A DNA stretch of 43,728 nucleotides, taken from positions 1-43,728 of the IMG/VR virus record IMGVR_UViG_3300030372_002142; one strand, written 5' to 3'. The position numbers and the translations under genes are program-made. Numbering within the stretch: the stretch's first letter is position 1; each line of letters starts with the position of its first letter. This DNA is from a virus (Duplodnaviria; Caudoviricetes). Below the pieces are notes generated by a model. It was not told where the DNA came from. It did not search any database and saw nothing but the letters and a program-made list of their open reading frames with translations. Positions 26,678 through 34,944 of the stretch are shown piece after piece.

Positions 26678-27036
26678 GCAACGAAGAGCAACTTGAGCTG
26701 CCCGGTATGGAAGGGGTTAGCTACATCAACCGAACTGCAGAGTTCGACGCAGAGCTGGTGGATATTGTTAAAGACCGGGGGGAAAGTTACGGACACCCCT
26801 TGGATGACTTCGAGACAGCGTGCAAGATCAAGGACGCTTTGAGGGCTTGCCCTGATCCTGTGATCCGCCACGCCCTCACCATGATAGGTGTGAAGATGGC
26901 TCGGCTATGTACCAGCCCCGATCATCTGGACAGCATCAAAGACATCGCTGGCTACGCTCGCACCATCGCCATGATCTTAGACGAGAGAGAACGGAGGAAC
27001 AGCTATGCCGCGATCAAGCGCCGAACGACAACGTGA
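26674..27036 (+). CDS. DUF6378-like protein
   Basis: DRG..YG.P..DF, M..VKMAR, H.DS..DIAGYA motifs; start at the ATGA overlap, 26674. Confidence 0.75.
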   Translation: MSNEEQLELPGMEGVSYINRTAEFDAELVDIVKDRGESYGHPLDDFETACKIKDALRACPDPVIRHALTMIGVKMARLCTSPDHLDSIKDIAGYARTIAMILDERERRNSYAAIKRRTTT

Positions 27037-27154
27037 GTATGAGGAGAGGAAGAAGGAAGCTGGCTGGTCACGCATTGCCGTATGGGTGGCCCCGAAAGTT
27101 GATAGGGAGCAAATCAAGAAGTACGTCAGCAAGCTAAATAAAAAAGCGTCTTAA
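27005..27154 (+). CDS. Small RHH-like putative DNA-binding protein (49 aa)
   Basis: GGAGG RBS; MPRSSAERQREYEERKKEAGWSRIAVWVAPKVDREQIKKYVSKLNKKAS; not in the ORF track. Confidence 0.65.
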   Translation: MPRSSAERQREYEERKKEAGWSRIAVWVAPKVDREQIKKYVSKLNKKAS

Positions 27155-27162
27155 TTAAAATA

Positions 27163-27197
27163 GGGGGTTGTCAGGCACTGACAATCCCCTTTATAAT
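27163..27197 (+). promoter_or_regulatory. Promoter with operator inside an inverted repeat
   Basis: TTGTCA-N18-TATAAT; GGGGTTGTCAG-GCA-CTGACAATCCCC. Confidence 0.7.
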
Positions 27198-27225
27198 CCG
27201 ACTAGACGCAACATTGGAGGTCACC

Positions 27226-27588
27226 ATGAATAAGCCAAATAGCAATCGCGTGTGTAGAGAGTGCGGCGAGCCTTTCTTAGGCCGTAAGGCGCACGCAGCG
27301 TTCTGCAGCACCACCTGCCGCAAGACGTGGAACAACCGTCGCGCCACCCGAGGCGCACAGCTCTATGACGCCGTCATGGCTATGCGCTATGATCGTGAGA
27401 AGGCTAAGGAGCTGGGCATCGACTGGACGTTCGTTTGCCGTATGGCTGAAATGTGGAACGGCGAAGACAAAGGCAACGACGCCCCCCACGGCAAGTCTTA
27501 CAAGAACCCGCACGACCTGAAGGAGGAGCTTGGCGCAATCGTCAACGGACGTTATGTTTGCACAGATAAGACTGGGAGACGGGCCTAA
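27226..27588 (+). CDS. Zn-finger phage protein
   Basis: CRECG...FCSTTCR..WNNRR..RGAQLYD; GGAGGTCACC-ATG start. Confidence 0.7.
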   Translation: MNKPNSNRVCRECGEPFLGRKAHAAFCSTTCRKTWNNRRATRGAQLYDAVMAMRYDREKAKELGIDWTFVCRMAEMWNGEDKGNDAPHGKSYKNPHDLKEELGAIVNGRYVCTDKTGRRA

Positions 27589-27613
27589 CCTCACCCGTCC
27601 CGACAGCCCAGTC

Positions 27614-27650
27614 AAAAAGAAGCCCCGCTGATCTCTCAGCGGGGCTTTAG
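27614..27650. terminator. Bidirectional terminator between convergent units
   Basis: AAAAAG-AAGCCCCGCTGA-TCTC-TCAGCGGGGCTT-TAG. Confidence 0.8.
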
Positions 27651-28033
27651 TTTGGGGAGGTATTCGATGGAGCTACGTTTCGTTTCTCGTGATAATCCAA
27701 AGCAGCGTTGGCTTGCTTCATCCAGAAGCTGACCTCTTTGTTAAACACCCTCATGCTGACATAGTGGTCGCTCTGCATACAGACCAGCTTACCTTGCGGA
27801 ATTTTTTTCTGTACCCAATACGGCAGGGGGCCGACTTCCACCCTTGGGGGGATTACGGGGCTTGGCCTTGGGGGATTTAGGTAAGTGTATTTTACAGTCG
27901 GAGGCGGAGCCTCCACCAGCTCGGCAAATGTCGCGCAACCCCCTAGCCCAGAGATAAGTAGTGGCGCGGCCAGCGCGGACAGGATTTTCTGCCAGCGCCT
28001 TTTGTAATGTGGTCGAGGTCGATCTAATCGCAT
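27647..28033 (-). CDS. Outer-membrane spanin (Rz1-like lipoprotein)
   Basis: Lipobox LGGC, Pro-rich mature region; overlaps the i-spanin in another frame. Confidence 0.7.
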   Translation of the reverse strand: MRLDRPRPHYKRRWQKILSALAAPLLISGLGGCATFAELVEAPPPTVKYTYLNPPRPSPVIPPRVEVGPLPYWVQKKIPQGKLVCMQSDHYVSMRVFNKEVSFWMKQANAALDYHEKRNVAPSNTSPN

Positions 28034-28292
28034 TGCTCTGCTTTCTCAACGCCGCCATCTCTCGGTTGCGGTCCTTCAGTTGGTTGTCCATAGCGTGCAT
28101 CTGTCGCTGGTGTTCCATCTTCAGATCGCTGATTTGCTTGATGGCCTTTTGTGTTTCCGCCTGCTGCTGAGCGTACTTCGCTTCCAGCTCCGCCACTTCC
28201 TGCCACGCCGATTTGAGCAGCGCCCCAGAAGCTGTGAGAGCGGCCAACGCTACTACCAGCAATATTCCAAGGATAACTGTTGGCGACGGCAT
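27789..28292 (-). CDS. Inner-membrane spanin (Rz-like)
   Basis: N-terminal TM helix, long coiled coil, two Cys near the C-terminus. Confidence 0.7.
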   Translation of the reverse strand: MPSPTVILGILLVVALAALTASGALLKSAWQEVAELEAKYAQQQAETQKAIKQISDLKMEHQRQMHAMDNQLKDRNREMAALRKQSNAIRSTSTTLQKALAENPVRAGRATTYLWARGLRDICRAGGGSASDCKIHLPKSPKAKPRNPPKGGSRPPAVLGTEKNSAR

Positions 28293-28295
28293 CCA

Positions 28296-28523
28296 TCATT
28301 TCCCCGTGTTCTTCATGTTCATGGCAACGGCTCCACCCATGTAAACAATAACTACACCGATAAGTGCGCCGACTACAGAGATAATAATAGCATTAACTTG
28401 GCTTGCTCTCTCAGGCATTGCTAGAGCGGCAATGCCGTAACCAATTACGCAACCAATAGACAGCCACGCCATACGACGGCGGTTCGTCATTTTGATTTCA
28501 GGTACTGGTGCTTTCTCAGCCAT
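28296..28523 (-). CDS. Putative holin (2 TM)
   Basis: NRRRMAW followed by two hydrophobic helices; between the endolysin and spanins. Confidence 0.65.
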   Translation of the reverse strand: MAEKAPVPEIKMTNRRRMAWLSIGCVIGYGIAALAMPERASQVNAIIISVVGALIGVVIVYMGGAVAMNMKNTGK

Positions 28524-28965
28524 CGTCCATGTCCTCGTCTATGTATTCAATCTGTAAGTCCTCTTCTCTAGCCGCCTCGACTATAGCTTGATACAGGTCT
28601 GAATAAGCAGCACGAGAATTACCAATAGTAAAAGTATCTTCGTTGCGAGTGTGGCCCACAAGAAGACAGCCAGATGTATGGTCGTCAGTGTTGCCAGTGT
28701 GGATATAAATCCACTCAAACCCCGGAACATTTTGTACATGCAACATCCCTTCATGGAAGTCGTACCGCTCGGCGTATTTCTTCGTCATGCCCCCTTCGTC
28801 GCGCAGCTTGATGTCGTAGGTTCCTGCAGGGATGCGCGTCTCGTGCATCACCTTCTCTTCTTGGGGTTGGTCCTCCAACCCGTAGCAGAACTCCTCGTCG
28901 TCAAGGTACACCCGAGAAAGGGTTGCCTCATCGTTGTGGGCATAACGCCGAACGGTAATCATCAT
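28516..28965 (-). CDS. Putative endolysin, DUF5675-like
   Basis: LED, ETRIPAGTY, VPGFEWI.IH.GN...HTSGCLLVG motifs; position in the lysis cassette. Confidence 0.7.
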   Translation of the reverse strand: MMITVRRYAHNDEATLSRVYLDDEEFCYGLEDQPQEEKVMHETRIPAGTYDIKLRDEGGMTKKYAERYDFHEGMLHVQNVPGFEWIYIHTGNTDDHTSGCLLVGHTRNEDTFTIGNSRAAYSDLYQAIVEAAREEDLQIEYIDEDMDDG

Positions 28966-28967
28966 TG

Positions 28968-29168
28968 TTAAGTTTCCTTCTTAGTAGGAGCTGTAAAGTC
29001 AACGGTAGTGCAAACTGCAGCCCACTGCTTAAAAGCCCCTAGCTGCTGGTGGTGATTGTAATACTGCTCCGTCAAATCCCTTGGAGGACATTCAGATACG
29101 GGCATAGACGTTACGTCGTAAGCGCCGTCGTTTGTAATTATAAAAACGACTAGCACCAAAACTTTCAT
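28968..29168 (-). CDS. Hypothetical secreted/membrane protein
   Basis: Hydrophobic N-terminus, two Cys; coupled to neighbours. Confidence 0.55.
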   Translation of the reverse strand: MKVLVLVVFIITNDGAYDVTSMPVSECPPRDLTEQYYNHHQQLGAFKQWAAVCTTVDFTAPTKKET

Positions 29169-29524
29169 TCTTTTACCCCTGTCGGAGGATGCTCTCCGTT
29201 GTGTTGCTTATTTAAGTGCGCCACTTGCGACTGCAGCACTTCGATCTGTGCTTGCATCGTTGCCATCTCCCGGTTCCTATGCTCCAGCGCAGCGACACTA
29301 TTGATATCGGCCAGCACAGCGAGCCTTGAGCCGAATACTGCTCGCTGTGACTCGGCTTCATCAAGGCGAGCATCGAATGTAGCTTTCGATTTTTCGTAAC
29401 GCTTGATAAACGCTTCCAAATCTTCCATGACCCTACTGAGGTTAGACTTGACGACAGCATAGCCTCCTATGACAGTGGAGGCCATGATGGCGATCTGAAG
29501 AGCGTGAGATGCAGTTAGTTCCAT
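29165..29524 (-). CDS. Hypothetical TM plus coiled-coil protein
   Basis: N-terminal hydrophobic helix followed by heptad pattern. Confidence 0.6.
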   Translation of the reverse strand: MELTASHALQIAIMASTVIGGYAVVKSNLSRVMEDLEAFIKRYEKSKATFDARLDEAESQRAVFGSRLAVLADINSVAALEHRNREMATMQAQIEVLQSQVAHLNKQHNGEHPPTGVKE

Positions 29525-29526
29525 AG

Positions 29527-29751
29527 CTACTCGTCCATTATGATCTTAACAGGGTACTTCTTCCCGTCGATAGTTTTCAACAACAGCTTTCCTTTGCGGC
29601 AAATCCACCGTTCTTTTCCTTTTGGAGGATCGCTTCGTTCGATGACCCGCTTGGCCTTTAAGCACTCGCTCAGACTATCCCTCGGTGTAAACTCTAAAAG
29701 CGATCCTGCCGTCGTATACAGGTGAAGGACAAACCCAACAAAAGTTTCCAT
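29527..29751 (-). CDS. Hypothetical protein (LSECLKAKR.IER motif)
   Basis: Tight operon packing; two Cys. Confidence 0.6.
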   Translation of the reverse strand: METFVGFVLHLYTTAGSLLEFTPRDSLSECLKAKRVIERSDPPKGKERWICRKGKLLLKTIDGKKYPVKIIMDE

Positions 29752-29752
29752 A

Positions 29753-30175
29753 TCACTTTCCGTTAATCTGAAGCGTTCTCTGCGCGTCCTTCAATTTTTC
29801 GACAGCGCTCCGCACTTCCATCATGTCGGTCTGCAAGCGCGTAATGTTGACGCTATTATTTGACCTGTCTTCGACTTTCGCCGTCAGTTTTTCTAACTGA
29901 CCGCTGATATGTTCAATTAGCATAAACGCCTCTTTCACCGCTGGCGATTGTGGGCGTTCGATGCGGAAGGTTGTGTTCTTGTCAATGTCAAGTTTTAAGG
30001 ATGCAACGCTAGTTTCCAAATCCTTCTTTACTAACTGCTCAGAAGTCTCCAGCCGATTGAGCCGCTCTTGGATAATGAAGTACGAATAGACGCCCATGCC
30101 GACCAGCGCAATCAGACTGATGACAGTCTTCATAGGCATCTGGACGTTTGTGCTGTCGCTGATCTTTGTTGTCAT
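29753..30175 (-). CDS. Hypothetical TM plus coiled-coil protein
   Basis: ISDST.V.MP.K..I, then a TM helix; ATGA overlap gives start 30175. Confidence 0.6.
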   Translation of the reverse strand: MTTKISDSTNVQMPMKTVISLIALVGMGVYSYFIIQERLNRLETSEQLVKKDLETSVASLKLDIDKNTTFRIERPQSPAVKEAFMLIEHISGQLEKLTAKVEDRSNNSVNITRLQTDMMEVRSAVEKLKDAQRTLQINGK

Positions 30176-30708
30176 CGACACACTGCCTCAACGCAGCGGT
30201 TAGCCCAAATGTAATATCCTACCACCGCCGCAAAAATCGCAATGCCTGCCAGTTGAGCAAAAATTATTGCCCATCTCTTGATTGTCTCTCGACGTGCCTC
30301 CGCCTCTTCTCGCTCCTTCTTGAGGCGCTCCTCCTTCTCCTTCTTCCGCTGATCGCGGGTTTCAAGGATCACGTCCCAAGTTTTCTTCTCGCCGTGCGGC
30401 ACCGGCCAGCGGCGATTGATCTCATCAGCAAGGTCTTGGATGTTTCGCTCTAAGCGCTTCTGGGCGTCTATCTCATTAACAATGGTAGAGAGGTCGTCCT
30501 CTCCCCCGCCATCCGATGTCCGCTTCTGCAGGATGCTTTGGTTCTTCGCAGCGACGGCGTCCGTAGGCTTCGATGCAATATTTTTCTCGTGCGCTTCCTT
30601 ATGGTGCAACAAGTCGTCAATGGAATGTGCGATTGAGGCAACATCCTTGGCACCCTTTAAGACGACCTTCGCAGCACTTAATGAAGCAGCTATCGTGAGT
30701 GGGTCCAT
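30172..30708 (-). CDS. Hypothetical protein with C-terminal TM helix
   Basis: MDPLTIAA start, charged coil, C-terminal hydrophobic helix. Confidence 0.65.
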   Translation of the reverse strand: MDPLTIAASLSAAKVVLKGAKDVASIAHSIDDLLHHKEAHEKNIASKPTDAVAAKNQSILQKRTSDGGGEDDLSTIVNEIDAQKRLERNIQDLADEINRRWPVPHGEKKTWDVILETRDQRKKEKEERLKKEREEAEARRETIKRWAIIFAQLAGIAIFAAVVGYYIWANRCVEAVCR

Positions 30709-30711
30709 ACA

Positions 30712-33045
30712 TTACCTCGCTCTTGCCTGTGCTGCGCCGCCGCCAGGAGGACGGATACCCCACGCCCAAACCAACATAGGATCATCAGCGCCGATGCCGA
30801 AAGCGCCCCCCGCACTAGGCCGCATCTTAAATCCATTGGCAGTGACATCTCCAATCGTAATCCCGCTGTAACCTTTTTCTTGATTGTTCCAGTTGTAACG
30901 AATGTCCGCAGGATTGCCGTTTCCGTTCGTGGAGTACGTTGGAAATGTCGGAAAGAAATCGTTGGAATTAGAAGAATCAATGTTGCGCCATGCGATTAGG
31001 GACGCTGCTCCACCAAGATGAATATAAGGACCATCAGTTGTCGAACCGTTATGGGAGTAGCCTGTGAACGCGCTGAACCCTTCGATTTGCTCCCACACAA
31101 TGACCCGATAAGTGCCAGACGGGAAACTAGTGCTTAGTGTTATGTTCGTTCCATCTACCGTTACAAGCTCAGTAGTTGATGGTCTGTCTTGTTGGTTCCA
31201 GCGAATGTTAGCCGAAGACATATTCGGATGAGAAACATACCAGTCGCCCGTGCTATCGGACCTTTTCGCTACAGCTGATTTTGCACCACTCCCTAGGCCA
31301 TGAGCTTGATTTGTCGCCGAACTGTTATCATGGCTAATCTCTGCCGTGTAACACCCGTAAGCTGCACCTACGCGCCACGACCATGCGGAGTAGTTCACGC
31401 TTGACGCTAGGGTTAACTCTGAACCTGCGGCGGCGTCTGTGTTGAAGTGCATCGAATTGCCGCTATCATCAGAAAACCGAACATCGTAATCTTCATCGTC
31501 AGCCTCTTTCTTAAAGACGTCGATGTAGCTGCTCCATCCTGAACGTGCGGTGGCTAGGCTGGCCTCGATGGTATCTCCGTCTTCCAGTGTAATGAACACA
31601 AACCCATCATCAGGGTTCTTCACTGTGGGAGCCGTAATATTGGCGGTGTTAAGGGAGGTATAATTTGCCGGTGCGCTATACGACCAATCTGCGTTGCGGA
31701 ACCTAGCAGTATGCGTATTTTCAGCATTGTAGCCGTGACAAATTAAGAAGAGAGGGCCAGCAGTCTTTGATAGCGTGTCATCCCATATGGTGCCGGGGCC
31801 GGTTCCTCCGCTAAAGGCCGATCCGTTCCACCATTGACCATCCTTCGAGAGATATAAATCTTGGTTGTCAAAATCAACAGCAAACCCCCAGACAGTTCCG
31901 GTGGTCACACCAAGTGTACGGCTGGAAGTTGAGCCGTCGAATTTTTCCCAAGTGTTCCCTGCCGGTTGAATGACACTGGCAACGCCGTTCGTCGCGCCGG
32001 GTGCCGCCGTAAGGCTTACTTCTCCTGTACCAACTGATATTGCGTAATTGGCACTTGACTCGTCGGCACGAACTTCAAAATAAACTTTTCCACCTGTACT
32101 AACGCCTTGCGTTGACCTTATGGCTTGCCAGCCGCTGGAACCGGAAGATGCCCAAGTGACATTTCCGTTTGAAAGTGTAGTCGTTGCGGCATCCAACGGG
32201 TTTAATGTTGCGTAATTTCCAATATTATTATCAGAATCATCAGTCGGCGTGTCGGTGACTTGATTGGTTTGCACCGCGCCCCCGCCGACGGCCCAATGGT
32301 TATCTTTTTCAGAAGTGTCAGCGCCAATTCCGTTTGCATCTTGGCCGCTTCCATTTTCCTTAAACTGAAGAAGAAAACCGTTATTTCCATAATCATCTAT
32401 ATTTGTACTAGGGTCTTTTGGCACCCATACACCGTTACTGTCAAATTCTCCAAAGTCCGTGTGGGCTAGATTATTGCCGTCCACAAAGACCATTTCGGCA
32501 ATGTAACCATTCCACAGATTATTATTTGATAACGCATATCGACCAACCTCATGGTCAAAAGCGTTTCCTAAAGAAAATTCAAAGTCTTCATCTGGGTAGG
32601 TATGAGTCGATAAGTCGGCGTCTGGTATTTGGACGCCGTTGAGATAGAGCTTAATGGTTGAGGCACTTGGTGTAACGCTGTCAGTATTTGCTGATAAGAT
32701 GAGGTGATACCACGCTGTCGGATCACGCAATAATCGCTCTGAAATTAAACTTAATTCGTTTGTGCCGCCGACGTAATTAGAAATGCGAATTGTTCCGTCG
32801 GATTGCACCCAGAACATAAACTCGGCATCACTACTAGTATCATCGCAGCTTAACAAAGTACCAGTTGCGCCTAACGCGCCTAACTTAAACCAGCACGAAA
32901 AAGTAAATTTCATACGGTTAGTTCCGGTGCCGCTGAAGGTTTTATTTAGATAATCTGCGCCGCCATCTAGCCAGATCGCGTTTTCGATGGTGTAACCGCT
33001 GTCCCCTGCCGGGATCAGTGCGGGAAAGATAATGGACGCGACCAT
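30712..33045 (-). CDS. Tail fibre / receptor-binding protein with LamG (ConA-like) and SPRY-like domains
   Basis: FTFSCWFK, RDPTAWYHLI, KLYLNG, GYIAE..FVDG, YGNNGF.L.F, DTPT, NYATLNP and GKVYFEV motifs. Confidence 0.75.
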   Translation of the reverse strand: MVASIIFPALIPAGDSGYTIENAIWLDGGADYLNKTFSGTGTNRMKFTFSCWFKLGALGATGTLLSCDDTSSDAEFMFWVQSDGTIRISNYVGGTNELSLISERLLRDPTAWYHLILSANTDSVTPSASTIKLYLNGVQIPDADLSTHTYPDEDFEFSLGNAFDHEVGRYALSNNNLWNGYIAEMVFVDGNNLAHTDFGEFDSNGVWVPKDPSTNIDDYGNNGFLLQFKENGSGQDANGIGADTSEKDNHWAVGGGAVQTNQVTDTPTDDSDNNIGNYATLNPLDAATTTLSNGNVTWASSGSSGWQAIRSTQGVSTGGKVYFEVRADESSANYAISVGTGEVSLTAAPGATNGVASVIQPAGNTWEKFDGSTSSRTLGVTTGTVWGFAVDFDNQDLYLSKDGQWWNGSAFSGGTGPGTIWDDTLSKTAGPLFLICHGYNAENTHTARFRNADWSYSAPANYTSLNTANITAPTVKNPDDGFVFITLEDGDTIEASLATARSGWSSYIDVFKKEADDEDYDVRFSDDSGNSMHFNTDAAAGSELTLASSVNYSAWSWRVGAAYGCYTAEISHDNSSATNQAHGLGSGAKSAVAKRSDSTGDWYVSHPNMSSANIRWNQQDRPSTTELVTVDGTNITLSTSFPSGTYRVIVWEQIEGFSAFTGYSHNGSTTDGPYIHLGGAASLIAWRNIDSSNSNDFFPTFPTYSTNGNGNPADIRYNWNNQEKGYSGITIGDVTANGFKMRPSAGGAFGIGADDPMLVWAWGIRPPGGGAAQARAR

Positions 33046-34892
33046 TAGCTGACCGCCAGCGTGTTCGCTACCACCACGCTTGTTCCGTCAAAGGAATAAT
33101 AACTTATCAGATAATTCCCCGCCGTTGATACAGTAGCCAAGAAGTTCGCATCGCATTTGACTTCGGAGCCTTTTGTGATTGTGTGGCCGCTTCCATTTAC
33201 CAAGTAAATTAAACCGCCCTGACCCGCAGTTTCATTGGTAAACTCAATTACGTCAGCGCCAGATGGCGTCCAGTTAAAGTTGTTACCGGCGTTCATATCG
33301 AATGACCCGTCATTATCGGTAACAGGAGTTGAGCGTTGTGATCCTGTCCAGCTTTGGTCTTTAGTAAGGTCAAGCGTAATCGTTGTGCCTGTCTGCGTCA
33401 GCCCTGCGCCATAATCGTTGCAAGACATGATGGTCGCCAACCAGTTGTCGGTTTCCGTGGCAGCAACCTCGTCAGCTATAAAGTGAACGACGTGTCCGAC
33501 TGCCGTTAGCCCTGTGTAATTCGACGCCGCTCCATTGATGGTGTCTCCGTCTCTCACAATGGTGATGGCGTTATCGACGTTGGTGACTTCAAAGCCAAAC
33601 ATCTGACCGTCAAGTGCATCACTTGCCCCTGTCCCAATCGTCGGCAAGTTGATCGTAATAGTGCCGCCAGAGGCATTAAGGACGTAATAAGTACCGACGT
33701 TAGCACGTTCTAGGTTGTGCGTTCCTGCGGTTAGCGTTGTTACAGCCGTCCACTTTTTATTGTAGGCAGTTGCTGCCGCTGCTTCAGTCGCCGCATCAGT
33801 GGCATACTTTCTTGCACTGTAAAGCCCCCCTGCGACAGCCGTCCCTTCAGTGAAAGAACCGCCGCCACCTAACGCCCACTCTTTTGCTGATCCAGCGGCT
33901 ACCGTACTACCAACGGCATACTCTTTTGCGGAATATTCAGAAGTATCTACAGCACCACCTGTAGTGGTTGCCCACTCCTTGGCTGCACCGCGAGAGGCCG
34001 TTGTCGTAACATTTGTCCCGCCAACGGCCCAGGCTTTTGCACTGAAGTCTGATCCTGTAACCGCACCGTCTACCTTAGTTGCGTAGTTGGTTGCTTCGGT
34101 TGCCTTAGTAGTTGCCGTGTCCTTATGGTCTTCCGCTTTCGCGGCCCAGTGGAGAGCGGAGTACCCCGATCCGTCAACGGTGTTGTCTTCAGCTTCCGTT
34201 GCCCACTCCTTCGCTGCTCCTTTCCCAGCGGTGTCCGTTACCCCAGTTCCGCCAATGGCCCACGCCTTGGAACTGAAATCCGTACCCGTGACAGCGCCGT
34301 CTACTTTTGTTGCGTAATTAGTGGCGAGAGTAGCCTGCGTTGTTGCTGTTGCCGCGCTGGCAGTGGCAGAGGTTGCAGAAGCGGAAGGCTCGTCTACTAA
34401 CTCAAACCCGTTGTTAGAAGAGTTAATAATGATCGCCTTACTGGCTACGGGAGCGGGGACAGAAGTGTTAAAGCTGGAGAGGTCAGCACTAACAGCAAAT
34501 TTTAGACTGCGATCAATCTCGCCTTGCTGGTCTTGGTCGATCTGGGTGAGCTTGTCGTAACCTGTCTCTAAAGTTTCAGGCTGAACGCCGCCTCGGTTCT
34601 GTAAATCCGTAGTCTGTGTCATCGGAACAGAGCGGGTAATCGTAACCGTTGTTCCGCTGGGAGCGTGCGTACTGGCGGAGGTAAACACAATGTTACCACC
34701 GCTTGCCGTTCCCACGCCGGTCACCGAATAATGTGTGGTCAGCGTCTTAACAACTTCCACGCCAGTAGAGGTTGTCTTCACGGTGACAACAAGGTGAGCC
34801 TGATCCAGCACGAGGAAGTCATAAGCGAAGGTTGTAGTGCTTCCGTTTCCGTCGTAGGGGCCAGTGCGTGCGTCTGTAGAAGCCACAGTCAT
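33045..34892 (-). CDS. Tail fibre protein (T7 gp17-like N-terminal anchor)
   Basis: Y.GNGSTTTF.Y.F, TITR..P..Q, E...DKLT anchor; Ala/Thr-rich repeats; C-terminal TDNDGSFDM domain. Confidence 0.85.
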   Translation of the reverse strand: MTVASTDARTGPYDGNGSTTTFAYDFLVLDQAHLVVTVKTTSTGVEVVKTLTTHYSVTGVGTASGGNIVFTSASTHAPSGTTVTITRSVPMTQTTDLQNRGGVQPETLETGYDKLTQIDQDQQGEIDRSLKFAVSADLSSFNTSVPAPVASKAIIINSSNNGFELVDEPSASATSATASAATATTQATLATNYATKVDGAVTGTDFSSKAWAIGGTGVTDTAGKGAAKEWATEAEDNTVDGSGYSALHWAAKAEDHKDTATTKATEATNYATKVDGAVTGSDFSAKAWAVGGTNVTTTASRGAAKEWATTTGGAVDTSEYSAKEYAVGSTVAAGSAKEWALGGGGSFTEGTAVAGGLYSARKYATDAATEAAAATAYNKKWTAVTTLTAGTHNLERANVGTYYVLNASGGTITINLPTIGTGASDALDGQMFGFEVTNVDNAITIVRDGDTINGAASNYTGLTAVGHVVHFIADEVAATETDNWLATIMSCNDYGAGLTQTGTTITLDLTKDQSWTGSQRSTPVTDNDGSFDMNAGNNFNWTPSGADVIEFTNETAGQGGLIYLVNGSGHTITKGSEVKCDANFLATVSTAGNYLISYYSFDGTSVVVANTLAVS

Positions 34893-34944
34893 GGGGCCGC
34901 TCCTTCCTTCCGTCTAGTCGTATACAGTAGAACAGTCATAAAAT

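Noticed and set aside
26907-27137. 76-aa ORF in the track
   Set aside because: The 27005-27154 frame has a clear GGAGG RBS and a recognisable pattern, so it is preferred.
30712-34892. DGR target in the tail fibres, as in BPP-1
   Set aside because: No reverse transcriptase and no adenine-specific TR/VR pair; the duplication differs at mixed synonymous sites.
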